Assembly (NCBI GenBank): GCA_048013815.1
Contig: CM106586.1
Coordinates: forward strand, 15,810,001 to 15,874,000
DNA: 64,000 nt
Direction of reading: 5' to 3'
DNA from: Setoptus koraiensis
Lineage: Eukaryota; Animalia; Arthropoda
Below the pieces are notes generated by a model. It had not been told where the DNA came from, made no database searches, and worked only from the letters and a program-made list of their open reading frames with translations. The position numbers and the translations under genes were made by a program. This document shows positions 49,679 through 62,269 of this stretch, piece by piece. Each line of letters starts with the position of its first letter. The stretch's first letter is position 1.

Positions 49679-50810
49679 CGGCGGATCGCCGCAGAGACTG
49701 GCCATTAGCGGCGAAGAATCACCTCATGTGTTTGCGTCGCACACTTTGCATTGCAGTGGCAAACTTTGCAAACTTTGCCAGCCGTGTTACGTAATTGCCA
49801 GTGTGGCCATTGTTGGCCGGCGCGCATCATATGAGACACGGTGCGTCTTATATAGGCTGCTTTGTGAAAGAAATTCTTATATGTTGTGCACAACAGTGAC
49901 TGGCCAATGAGCGACCACCAATGACGACAATTGAATTTTTGTTTGCATTGGCCGGCCGAGAAATTGAAAAGCAGCCAAAACAGATTAGAGAGGCGCAGAG
50001 AAGCCAACTTGAACCAGATTTACGTGATTCGCGTCGGCAATTCGCGACAATCACGACAGTGCCATCGCAACTGCCACTGCATTCGACACTCGCCCGAAAT
50101 GGATACTGGCCATTTGTTTGTTTGTCGCAGTGTTTGTTTGCTCTTTTACACACAAATTCTCGGCTTGTTTGCTCGCCGTTCGGGCCGCTCGGGCCGTTCG
50201 AGTCGCCACCGGTGGCCAGACGCCGGTGCACGATGATGATCATCAGCGCGAGCATCGATACACGGAGGAGCACTCTGGACCCCAGAGTCTGGAGGGTTCT
50301 TTTGCGGCTTCGCCGGAGTCCGGGGTCCGCCGTTCGGAGCCGGGAGTCGGCGGTTCGTGGTCCGCGGTTCCGGCCAGCATGGCCGGAGCCGCGTCGCCCG
50401 TCCGCCGCAGCGAGTGCGTGCCACAGGCTACCTGTTGATGTGTCAATTATACACGTTTTAAAGCGCGAAATAAAGCGAGCAAATTGAATTATCATGCCGG
50501 TGTCGCCAGCATGATAATTCAATGTGCCGGTCCGGAGCGCGCCCAGTTGACGCTGGCCGACGCCGGTATCGCCGGGTATCGCTTACGGGCCGGTGTTGAC
50601 TGTGCACATAATTAATGCATTCCGTGCCGGCCGGCGCACAATTAATCATCGCGTGGCAAATGTGCCTCGGGCCTCTGGCCGGTCGCGTTGGCGCCCGCTC
50701 AGAAACGCGTGCTCGCATCCGCTGGCAGCACGCGTTTCTGGTGCGCCGTGATGGTATTTTTCAGCGCGCATTCGAAGCCGCGTCGAGCACGCGAGCCCGA
50801 ACACGACAAT

Positions 50811-50891
50811 TCGGACGCGACGAGTCGGACGCGACGAGTCGGACGCGACAGTTCGGACGCGACAGTTCGGACGCGCGACTCCGGGCGCGAC
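50811..50891. repeat. 14-bp tandem repeat TCGGACGCGAC(GAG/AGT) x~5
   Basis: Direct reading of the sequence. Confidence 0.85.
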
Positions 50892-53810
50892 AGTGGGCGA
50901 GCAACCGGCCGAACTCGCCCTCCGCGAGCTCGCACCAGGTAATTGGCGGTCGGGTTAATGAGCGCCGCTCGTTGGCCCTGGGCGCTGCTCGGCGGCGCTC
51001 GTCGGTGGCCCGTCGGTGGCCCGTCGGTGGCTCGTCGGAGGCGCTGGTCAGCTGTTGGTTGGTCTGGCTGGTCAGCCTGGTCGGCCGCGTTGGTCGGGCA
51101 TGTTGGCGTGGTGGTGACACGGCCGCAATTAATCACCGCCAGCGCTGCCGGGCGGGCGCGTTTCCGCTGCCCGACATAGCCGCCGGGCCGGGCCGCGTGG
51201 ACGCCGGGCAAACACGAGACGCATAGTCTGAACTATGATGGTCAGATAATAAGACGCTCGCCTCAAATGAGCAAGCTATCAGATGATCGAATGATCGATC
51301 GGTTGATTTTTGGGTTTAGGTTGATTTTTAGGGGTGGCAGCGAGCGGTGATTGACAGTTTGCCAAATGGTGGCGCGCCAGCAAAATGACACATTGTACAT
51401 ACAGTGTATATATTGTATGTACGTGCCAGCGGACATGTGAGACATTCATTGAGATTGTCGTTGTTGTGAGAAGTTTTCGCTGGCGACATTTCGCTGGCAA
51501 CGTTTCGTTGGTTGGCCGCGGCGATCATTTCTCGTGCCGGCCACCAGAAATAATCCCGTGACAGTGGCGCGCCAGTTTCGCCCAAAATAACCCGGCATGA
51601 GAGCTGTTTGGACAGCGACAAATCAACAAACCAATGGGCCAATAAACGAGCCAATCATAACTGTAAACTGGCCAGCGGAGCAAATTAAACAAACATTGGC
51701 CGCGTTGCGAAACAAAACAAATCTCGTCGGCGCTGCTCGCCCGGCGCTGCTCGTCCGAGTCCGACGCCGCGGCCGCGGCCAGAGCTGGAGCGGCCCCATC
51801 CGAGCGGCCCGACGTGCGCGAGCGGCCCGACGCGCTCCGAGCGGCGACCCGCGAGCCGCCAACAGAGGCTACTGGCGGACTGCTGGCGGGCTACTTGGCG
51901 CGCCCCAGCGCATAATCGCCGCATTGGCCGTAATTGAGTCGTCTTTTGGCGATTTAAAGCGCGCAGAGATTAGGCCCGGCGTTGCGATTATCGCTGGCAG
52001 TCATGTTATGGCCGCGGCTTTGGGCTGCAACTCGTCAAAACAACTCGGCGACAACTCGACAGCGACGGCTCCCCCGAACGACAAATCTCTGGCCGTGTTG
52101 TGTCGGTGTTTATAGTATCCATATTGCACACGATTCGGCTGGCCTGATTTGGCTGGCGTGAGCCAAAAAAAGCAATCGCGCTGGCTTGTTGCGCAGACGG
52201 ACGGACGGGCGGAGTGACGGACAATTGAGTCATCAATTAGAATTAGCCGGCCGGGACTTAGCGCGCGGCATTAGCTGGAACAATATATCATCATTAAATC
52301 ATTAGGTCGTCGTTTGCGTCTCTATTCAACGTCTCGATTCAACGGAGTGCGCTCCATTTGCAATCTCGATTCGCGAGCTTCTCCTCAGGTTGCTGATCCC
52401 GTACGGCCGACCTACGGCACCGCGCGTCAGATGGCGCTGCGGCCGGCCGTTCGAAATGAGCAATCAATCCAATTCGAAATTCCACATTCGAGATTCGAAA
52501 TGAGCCAAATTAGCATATCGTGCTCGAACGAGTTGTTCGTCGATGTCGTCTCTGCAAGCGAATGGCCGTCGCTCCAAAGGAATCGTTGTCGCTGCAAATG
52601 AATTGTCGTCGTTTCGAGCCAGTGGAAATCGTCGGATCTCATGAGTGTGATTGGCGATTGTCGTGCTTGTCGGCCAATAAATAAACAGCTAATAAATACA
52701 CTTACACACACTTGCAAATGGCAAGTTGCGATGCGACTCGCGTATCACACCAACGACACAAACAGTCGCATAATTCGCTGCGAGCGCCCGCCAGAAGAGT
52801 TGCAATTTCCTGTTTGTCGGCCATTGTTGTGCCCGCATCAGCTGAGCTGCGGCGCTGCATGCTTGCATGCCCGACGGGCCGGTCGGTGCTTGCAAGCGCG
52901 GTGCGCCAACCGCGTCCCGGCCACTCTCGCTAAGACAGTGAGAATCGCTTCTCACTGGCCTCGAGTGACTCGCGAGCCAGCGAGAAGCGATTCGCTGGCG
53001 AGACAAGAGATAGTTATTTGTGTGTGTGTCTAATGGCGCAAATTACACGGCGCGACGCCGCAAGCCGCCCGACGAGACACACAAACAACTAATCGGTGAC
53101 GCAATAAACAGTCGCCATAAGTCACACACCGCATATTAGGCAATGTAAATTGCGCAACAACATACAGTGACACAATGCGCGATTGTGTGCATAAGCGATT
53201 GCAAATGAATGCTGTTCACATTACACAGTTGATTGTTTGGCGAGATTGGCCACTTGATGAGCGGCTCGCGAGAGAAAATTATCGGTTGCGCCGATTATCC
53301 GATCTCGGGCCGCCGATCGTTCAAACAAAGCGAATCGCTCGCCGACCGGCGCTCCGACGCCCGCAACACAATGCTCATAAGCAGTGTGTGTAAATATAGG
53401 CGCTGATGCGGCCGGCCGGGCGTGGCCGCGGCGCTGCGCTCCGCTGGCGAGCGGAGCCCGAGCGGCCCATACAACTGATACGGCCGACACAGCCGACACA
53501 ACCGATTCAGCTGATATCCGAAATATCTGCCTGAGAAGTTGTCTCTATAAGCGGGCAGCGCAAGCAAGCGAGCAATTAGCGGCTAATAATAGCCTAGCGC
53601 GGCCTATATGCCCGCTTCTGCATGCGGCCCGCGGACAGGTTGCGCTGCGAACGGCCAATTGGCGAATCGGCGCTTCGAACGTCGGAGCCGCCGCCGCCGC
53701 CGCCGTAGACCAGGCATCAATCAAAGGGCCGGCGATCGTCAGATTGCTACGGCGCGGTTCCAATTCGCAGCACAATCGCGCCGAGTTCGAACGCCCGATC
53801 GGCGGGTCGC

Positions 53811-53912
53811 TTCGAATTCGAACTTTGAATTTGAGCTTCGAATTTGAATTCGAACTCGAACTCTGAATTCGAGCTTCGAACTTTATATTCGAGCTTCGAA
53901 TTCGAGCTGCGA
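53811..53912. repeat. Degenerate TTCGAA/GAATTC palindrome-rich repeat tract
   Basis: About 100 nt built almost entirely from TTCGAA, GAATTC and TTCGAGC words. Confidence 0.8.
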
Positions 53913-55405
53913 ATTGCGGCTCCGAGTGGCCGAGTTGCCGCATGCGGCTGGCGCCGTGTTTGTTTTGGAGTTGGCCAACTTTTGCTCGCAAGTCGCCCTG
54001 TGACAGCGCCCGCGACGCTGCCAATCGGCGTCCATTCACACAATGCGCCCAATGTGTGAATGACCGGCCCTCTGTCCGTCACCTATGGCACGACAAATGT
54101 CGCTTACTTGCGCCACCTCGCAGCGTCGCCGTGTGAAACAATCCCGTGTCATTACACCGACGACACGCCGAAGAAAATAAACGGCGAGCCACTTGTTCGT
54201 CCGTCGAACGGTCACCTGTCCAAGTTGTGTCCTGTTCGGTGCAAGTTGCAAGTTGCAGCCGCCGAACGGCGACATTTTCGCACCGCCAACTCGGCCGCTG
54301 TTCGCCGCCGGGTCGCCGCCGGGTCGCCGTGCGAAAACCAAAAGTGACTCTGCGCTCAATATTGAAATTTGGCCAAATTCCGAATTTGATTTGGATTTGA
54401 TGCGGAGGCCGGCCGACGCTCAGCGCGCTCACGCAATGTCCGCCGGTTGCGAGCGCCGACGATTGAGACAACTGGCGCAACTGGCGCTGGTGGCGCAATT
54501 GGCGCAATCTTCGGCCACCGTTGGCCGCACGCAAGCGGCTGCCGGCCACTGCGGCCGCTCGCTCGCCGCGCTGACCAATCAATTGCCGTCGGCTGTCAGT
54601 GCGGCGACAATTGGCGAATGTCAACGGTCAATTTCGGCGCTAATTGCTGTCGCTTGCACTAATTGCACTAATTGCCGTCGACCGAGTGTCACAAATATGA
54701 CCACTGTCACCCAAGTGGCACTTGGATATTGATCGCTGGACACTGGTCGCCAACACTGTGCGCCGATACAGTGCGCAGCAAACTCGCTCAACTGCTTTGT
54801 GCAGCTGACTGTGCCACTGACAACTGTCAAGCTGGTCAGCTGTTGCGTCAACTTGCCAACTGACAGTCAGCTGACCAACTGACAGCCAGCTGACAATTGT
54901 GAGTTGTCAGTTCAAACATTGTCACAATGTAACATTGTCAATGTTTGTGTGTGCGTGCCTGGTGCCTCTCTGGTGTTGGTGTGTGACAGTCAGAGTCTGA
55001 CTGTTAATTGACACATGTCACCACTGCCACCGCTGCTGACATATCGGCGGTCAGCTGATGAATCAGTGCGCCGATAAATCAGTCAGCTGACGCGACATGC
55101 GACTGCCGATACGTCTGACAGTGTGTCGCGAACGGGGCATGAATATGCGACGATTTAATATCGTCGGTATTCATATCGGCCTCATCTGTCCAGTGGTGTG
55201 TGTTGTGCAAATCAGACGACATGACATGGCGTGTTTGTTTATACCCGCTGCTTGTACCGGCCGCTTGTACCCGCGCTTGTACCCACTGTTTATACAGCAG
55301 CAAAAGCGGGGCAAATGCGACGAGATTGCGAGCAGCCATAAACAGGGATAAACAGTGGGCCAGTGTCGTCGCATTTGCTGCTTGCCACTGGCTTGTTGTT
55401 GCGCC

Positions 55406-55489
55406 ATTATCCGCACTATTATCCGCAGTATTGTCCGCAGTATTGTCCGCAGTATTGTCCGCAGTATTGTCCGCAGTATTGTCCGCAGT
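55406..55489. repeat. 12-bp minisatellite ATTGTCCGCAGT x7
   Basis: Seven head-to-tail copies; the first two have ATTATCC. Confidence 0.95.
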
Positions 55490-56720
55490 GTCAGCATTGA
55501 TATTGCGTGTTGTGTGGACGGTGCAAACAGATAATGATCGATGATTACCTGTCACTGACACCGACTGTTTGTACGGGCTGACTGCTGGTGTCGATGTTGT
55601 ATGCAAATGTCAGCAAATGTTGCGTTGCTTGTAACTGGACTCGCGCTGACCGGCCGCCGACTGCCCACTGCCCACTGCTCACTGTCCACTGCTCACCGGC
55701 CACTGCTGACCGGCGACTGATGAACAAGTAAGCCACACTAAGCTACCTGGGGCCGCTCATTCATGTGCGACATTAACGCGACCCGCTGACCATGTGAGTC
55801 ATGTGCACGTACAACACGTCGAGATGCGTTTGAACGTGCAAACAAACACGCGCACAAACAACGCCGACGACGGCGACGGCACAAATAGGGACAGAGATTA
55901 GCGCTGATCAATGTCGCAAATGTCACCAAGACCACCAATAGCGACAAGTTGATTACACAAATCTATATACGATCATATGTGTGTGATATGACGCGACGTG
56001 TGATGACCAGTCGCTTGTTTGCATACGCCAAATGACACACACATCGCGCCATGAACAGTATGAATATTTGCGCCATTGCTCATCACGTGTTTTGCACGAG
56101 CTAGTTTGTCGCGAGTCGCGAGTCTCACTACTTATTGCATCACACCGTTGACTTGACCATTTATTCCTTAGCTGGCTAATCCGCAAGCCATCATTCAGCT
56201 GGCCTTGTGACGCAACTATTGAGTATTGAGTATTCAGCAGTATTGATGAGTGGCCGACTTTTGCAGTTGCGCGAGCTCGCCGGCGATGTTGCAACCGCTG
56301 AGCGCGTTTGTGATGTCGCTGTCGACAACTGACTAGATGATAAATACTAGATACTAAATAACAAACACAAGAGGGTGCCCGGCCCGCAGCCGGTGCGGCC
56401 CGACGGTCGGCGCGACCTGCGCGGCCCGAATTCGCGGCCGAATTCAAGCAACGGGCCGGCGCCCGTGCGACGCGCCGGCCAGAGCGGGCCGCCGGACGGA
56501 CGCGCAACTGTTGTGCTGCAACGTGGCTCGGGCCAAGTGTGGCGGGCTAATCCGCTGCCGCTAGGAATGTGTCATCGAGACTGGCCTTGCAGTTGTGCCA
56601 TTTGTCTGGCTCGTTTGGCTTGATTTGAGTTGTTTGGCGTTTTGAGTTGTTTGGGTTGTTGCGGGTTCGTCGGATTGTTTCGGGTTCTTTCGGGCCCTCG
56701 TGGGCCCTTGCGAGCCGTCC

Positions 56721-56787
56721 GCTGGCGGGTTGTTGGCTGGCGGATTGTTGGCCGGCGGGTTGTTGGCCGGCGGGTTGTTGGCCGGCG
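56721..56787. repeat. 15-bp tandem repeat GC(C/T)GGCGGGTTGTTG x4.5
   Basis: Direct reading of the sequence. Confidence 0.9.
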
Positions 56788-59700
56788 AACGGCCAGTCGG
56801 GCCCGATGTGACAGATTTAAAGCGAGGTGAGAGCCCAAAGTGCGCAATCCTGCCGCTTGATTAAATCTGTTTTGGCCACTTAGCAATCAAGCATATTATA
56901 TCGCATTATTATGGCCGTATTATCGTCGGCCACTCTCACATTATCTCTCACTCAGCGTGCCCATTATATTCAATGCATTATGCTCGATATTGTTGTATTG
57001 TGATGCTGCTGCTGTCAGACAATATAATCTGCCGTATAAAGCCGTATATATTGTTTGGTGCCCGATATTCAATTGGTGCCCGCTCATCGAGTGCCCGTGC
57101 CGGTACATCGCGCCGGTATGTGCACGTATCGCGTTCGGGTAAGCGATACGGGCCGGTTTGTGTGCACAAACGTGGCAATTGTTGATAGGTGACGAGGCCA
57201 TTAACGCCACGGCCAACTTGAACTGTTGTCGACTGTTGTGAATTGCACGCAAACAACGGCTCGATTGTTCAATTGAATCAACAATTGGAGCAGATGCTCG
57301 CATTGTTGATTGCCATTGTTTGCTGTTGTTGTTGTTGCTGTTGCTGTTGATAAATATTGTGATCGCCAGCGCGGCCAAGTATCAATTTCGCGCTGCCCGC
57401 CGGCCCGTGAATGAATGGCCGCGCCGACCGACTCAACACACTCGAGCGCCACACGGGCGAGAAAGAGGCGAGAAAGTGAGCAGAAATCCTCTTAATATAA
57501 TCCAAAATGGGCCAATTTCGCAGCTTAATTGTCGGGCATTAGGCTCTAATTCCCGGCGTGTCCCGCACGCTGTCATCGCACGAGTTGCGCGGTGTCAGAA
57601 ATCGCACGCTGCCCGCAGTCTGTTCAGTCTGACACGACCCAAACAAACACAATATAGAAGCCGTAGAATATAGAATTATATAGAATGGCCAACAAACAAA
57701 CAAACAATCAGTGTCGACACAACAACAACAACAACGACAACGACAACTAGAGCAAATGATGGCCACTTTTTGCCATCACAAGCTGGCTGTCACAACTGCG
57801 CTGTCACAACACACACTGTCATTATCATGTGATCATCATTCACGCTACGTCTATTAGCCACCTTTTACCACCACCCTTATTTACAATTACAACGGCGCAC
57901 AGGAAGCACCCACTACTGTCACTGTCGCCACTGTCACTGTCGCCACTGTCACTGCTGTCAGTGGCGCGCATCAGCTGTGGCGCCACTCTCAGCTGATTCC
58001 GTTCGATCGATTGTTGTTGTTGTTGTTCGGCTGACAATTTTTGACAATTGTGAATCGCGGGCCGCAAATCGGCCGGCGGATACTCTAGCGCCCGCAGCGA
58101 CCGAGCGGAGCGGACCCGATTGCACGGGCGCCGCCTCTGGTCGCGGCGCCCGCGACCACAGTCGATCAACTGGTGCCGGCTGTCAACAGTTGCCACGCCG
58201 GCAACCGGTTGACAGCTTGCCGCATAATGGGGCATAATGGGGCGTAATAGGGCATACTGGCTCAGCAGTGGCAATACCCCGACACCGGCGAGCCACTTGA
58301 GACTCTCGGCGGCGGGTATCGCGCGCCGCCGCCCATTCGAGTGCGCACCGACACGAACGGTGCGCCGATGGGGGCCACGAACAGTGCGCCGAGAGGGGGC
58401 CAATTGGCGATGGTCGGCCGCGTTTCGTTCACACTGTGCGCCTGAGAGCGCGACACTGACCTATAAGTTTGTGTAAGTTTGACGTCGGACAGATTTATCA
58501 ATGGCCGCTGTTGTTGTTGCTGCTGTTGTCGCCTGGGTCGTAGTTGCTGATGTCGTTGTCGTTGTTGCTGTCGGTGTCGTTGTGTGTGTATTTTGAATAT
58601 AATGGCCGCGACGAAACGAACAAGCGAATTAGAGCGAACCGACGCGAACCGACGCGATTTGCGACAATGCGATGGGCGATCGAGTGAACACAACAGCAAC
58701 AACAGCTCAACAACCGCCACAACTGGCAACAACCGGCACAACTGGCTGTGCAAACTCCAGAATCAAGTCAACTGAGATAAATAAACTATAATTGAACTCA
58801 ATTATGGTTCACATCATCACTCATTGTCGTCGCCAACTGCAAACAACGACCCACGACACCGACCTGCAACCACCGCCGCAACAACCGACAGCGCGCATTG
58901 TGACTCGGCATATCATTATTTATGCCCGTCCCCTCCTCTCGTCGTCGTTGTTGTTGTCGTTGTTGCCGTTGCTGTTGTTGTTGCCGTTGCTGTTGGCGTT
59001 GTTGTCGTCATAATGTACGCGATCATCGCCATGGCAACCCTATTGTGATTTGCCCGCGCGGCGCGCCATGATTGATACTCTCCAATGTGCGCGCATACGC
59101 GCCCAATATCGGCACGTCGGGCCGGTCGCGATCGCACTGTCGGCGGCTCGTCGGGGGCGCCACTCGACAGTTGCACCGCTTGCTCCAGTTTGCCGGTTGC
59201 GCCGGTTCGCCGGTCGAGCCAGTTTGCCGGCTGCGCCCGTTTGCCGGTCGGGCCAGCGTCGCCGGCCGGCCGGCCCGATAGAAGCTGTGCCGCGCCTTCC
59301 CAACGATAGTTCCGGCGCCGGGCCGGGCCGGCCCGGCGTCGTTGCAAAGGCAGCGCCGAAACTGTCGTTGCGTGGCGCAGTTGCGCCTCACTGCCACTGA
59401 CTCACTGCCAGTGAGTCAGTGGTCACTTCTGTGCCGAATGGCTCAACGGTCGGCCCGATGGCGCAGACGCCACTCGTTGCGGCAGTGGCAGTTGTTGTGT
59501 TGTTGTTGTTGTTGTTGTTGGTTGTTAACATTGCTTGTTAACTAATGCTGTAAACACAACCACACAAACAAATGACAATCAGCGCGTTGCACACAATTTG
59601 CATACGCTGTGCACAGCGACAAAACACTCCTATAAAAGGCTCCTTTCTGGCCCCAATTTCGGGCCCAATTCTATCGAATTCGTTGGGCGTTTGGGGCGCC

Positions 59701-60401
59701 TCGATCCGCAAGCTGCGCTCTCCGCACACGGTCGCCCCATCGACATGCTCGGCCATCGACATGGTCGCTTCATCGACGTGCTCGCTTTATCGACTTGCAC
59801 GATCCTATATCGAGCTATCATCGCCAATATGGTGCTTGTGTCGCCGAGTGCCGGCCAGTAGGTGGCGCCAGCTGTTGTGAGCCACAACGGCCGGCGAGAT
59901 TGTGGGCAGTGGCGGCGAGTCACTTGTCGCTGACTTGTCGGCCCTGATGCAGATATTGTTGTCGTCATTGACACACTGTGAGTAGCGGTCGGTCAGCGGC
60001 CGGTCAGCAGCGGGCCGCCGGTGGCGCTATAAATATTGGCCGCCGTAAATATATAAATAAACGGAATAAATGACTTATTGTTGTGGCGCACAATTCAATT
60101 GAAATGGTAAAAATTTCACTGTGAAATTTTTACTGTTTCCACTGTGAAAATTGTGCGATATTTGCGCGACACACCAACCGCTCGGAACAATGCCAAGTTG
60201 CGACGATCGACGGGTCGGCCGCGACAGCCGCCACAACCGCGACAACCGCGACAACGAGCGCACATTTGACTGATGCCGGGCGACGGGCGACATTCCTCGG
60301 TTTTGTTGCTCGGGCCACTTCATTTGGGTTTTGTCGCTGGCGGCCAAATGAAGCGAGCGCGGCCGAACGGGGCGCGGGTGTGCCCGTGTCGCAAAGTCGA
60401 C

Positions 60402-60477
60402 GTCGCAGAGTCGATGTCGCAGTCAATGTCGCAGTCAATGTCGCAGTCAATGTCGCAGTCAATGTCGCAGAGTCGAC
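60402..60477. repeat. 12-bp tandem repeat GTCGCAGTCAAT x~6
   Basis: Direct reading of the sequence. Confidence 0.9.
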
Positions 60478-61283
60478 GCGACTGCAGAGCGCTGATTGAG
60501 AGGTACGCGCCCGGTCGGGAGATGCGCGCCGGCCGACGGACAAGTGGCTTGCGACGGGAATTCGGGCGACCAGTGGCTCAATTGCTGGCCATTGTTGCGA
60601 CAACAATGCTGGCTGCGGATTGTTTGCGAGCCTCATCAAGTCAGACCAATCAATGAGCGTATGACATTTTTATTCTCTGCCCGTCACTGTCCGACCGACT
60701 GCCCGTCACTGTCCGAGCGGCCGGCGGCCGCTCGGGCCAATTGTTGATGTTTGCCGTGTCCAGCGGGGGTAATTGTGCGTGTCTCATTAAGTCGCCATTG
60801 GGTGGTCACACACACACACAAACAAACAAATGAATGCCCATAAACTAATAGCCGCACAGCTGCTCCCATGCCCGTCGGCCGCGACAATCCCTTTTTTTTA
60901 TTTATCCTCGTTATTTATCCCTCTCGTTCCTCTTGCTTGTGCGTCTTGCATCCGCTCCTCGCTCAAACATACTTCACAGCGCACACTATGCGCCGCTCAG
61001 TGCCCTGTGCAACCCTTTCTCGCACATGTGCCACTCGGGCCACTCATAAGGGCCACTCGGGCGGCTCCACGCGGCCACTGGGGCCGCTCAACGGGGCCGG
61101 CCCGAGCCCGACCGGTCGCCCGACTACGGTCTGGCTCACTGTTTCCTGTGCGCTTCTGGGCACAGGAAATGACACACGGACGCGAAACGTGCCGGCGCGG
61201 ACGCAAAATGTGCCGACAGTGGCTGTGACAGCGACGCTGCACCCCGCTCGTGACACTGCACACCACAAATGAGCAAACAATTG

Positions 61284-61326
61284 AATTGTCGAAAATTGTC
61301 GAAAATTGTCGAAAATTGTCGCAATT
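61284..61326. repeat. 10-bp tandem repeat AATTGTCGAA x4
   Basis: Direct reading of the sequence. Confidence 0.9.
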
Positions 61327-62215
61327 CCGGCGCTCGGCCTGCCATTGGCTGACCGCTGGCCAACTGTTGTTTGCCGTCGCCCGCCGAACGCTGCGCTGCA
61401 CAGCGGCGACCAACGAGCCACCAGCGAGCCACCAACGAGCCACCAGCGAGCCAGTGGTCAGCACATTATAGGTGGCCATGGGTGGCGCCATGCGAACCGA
61501 CTGACATTGTCTAATTGACACACAAAAAGTGACGCTGAATTGACTGGCATTGTTATTGGCGGTATTCACATGTGAATAGCGCCAATGTCAATGTCGCCTA
61601 TGTCACAATGTGACAGTCGCATGCGAGTATGGCGACAACAATGACAACCAATGTACAAATAATAAAATGATGCGCCAATTAGAGAGACAATTTGACAATT
61701 AGACAGACGGGCATGTTTGCGCTGCATTGTTTGTGTCCACGTTAATTGGCATATCTCGCTGTCAAATGGGGCGAGCCAAACAATTGCAAATGGCATTCGT
61801 GGTCACCATTGGACACGCCAATAACAGCACGACACAACAGTGACAATAATTGCTCACTTACTCGCCAATTTATCTGTCTGGCGAGTTTACTATGGCAGCC
61901 ACCGACGAGAGAGAGACAGTGCACAACGAGGTGATCAATCAATTCCGTTTGCCGTTAGCGTGGCCCCTCGCTGCGGCCCGTCGAGCGTGTCAACCGGCCC
62001 GGCTGAACGCGCGGACACCCGCGCGACATGTCCGCGGCCGGACACCGCCGAGCCTCGGTGTAGCTGGCGGGCCGGACAAGCCGCGCCCAAGTGACGTGCG
62101 GACACACCGACGGCCGACAATTGAGTGTCTAAACAAACTCGGGCGCCCATCGATCATTGGCGCTCCGGAATCAGATATCGGCCGAGCGCTGACGCGCGAT
62201 CGGGCCACCGACTGA

Positions 62216-62269
62216 CCACTGATGCCGCTCGATCGGGCCACTGATGCCGCTCGATCGGGCCACTGATGC
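62216..62269. repeat. 22-bp tandem repeat CCACTGATGCCGCTCGATCGGG x2.5
   Basis: Direct reading of the sequence. Confidence 0.85.

Larger units (their letters stand above)
43454..49794. promoter_or_regulatory. Cluster of 11 PAR-bZIP/NFIL3-type TTAYGTAA sites (putative enhancer region)
   Basis: TTACGTAA at 46582, 47230, 47540, 49039, 49787. TTATGTAA/TTACATAA at 43454, 43467, 44186, 47136, 47962, 48768. Confidence 0.5.

Noticed and set aside
53811-53912. TTC/GAA-rich tract as a heat-shock element array
   Set aside because: The TTC and GAA words are mostly directly adjacent rather than in the 2-nt-spaced nGAAnnTTCn arrangement.
43084-62269. Tandem arrays as CRISPR-like repeats
   Set aside because: The units are head-to-tail without unique spacers, and the context is eukaryotic with no cas genes.
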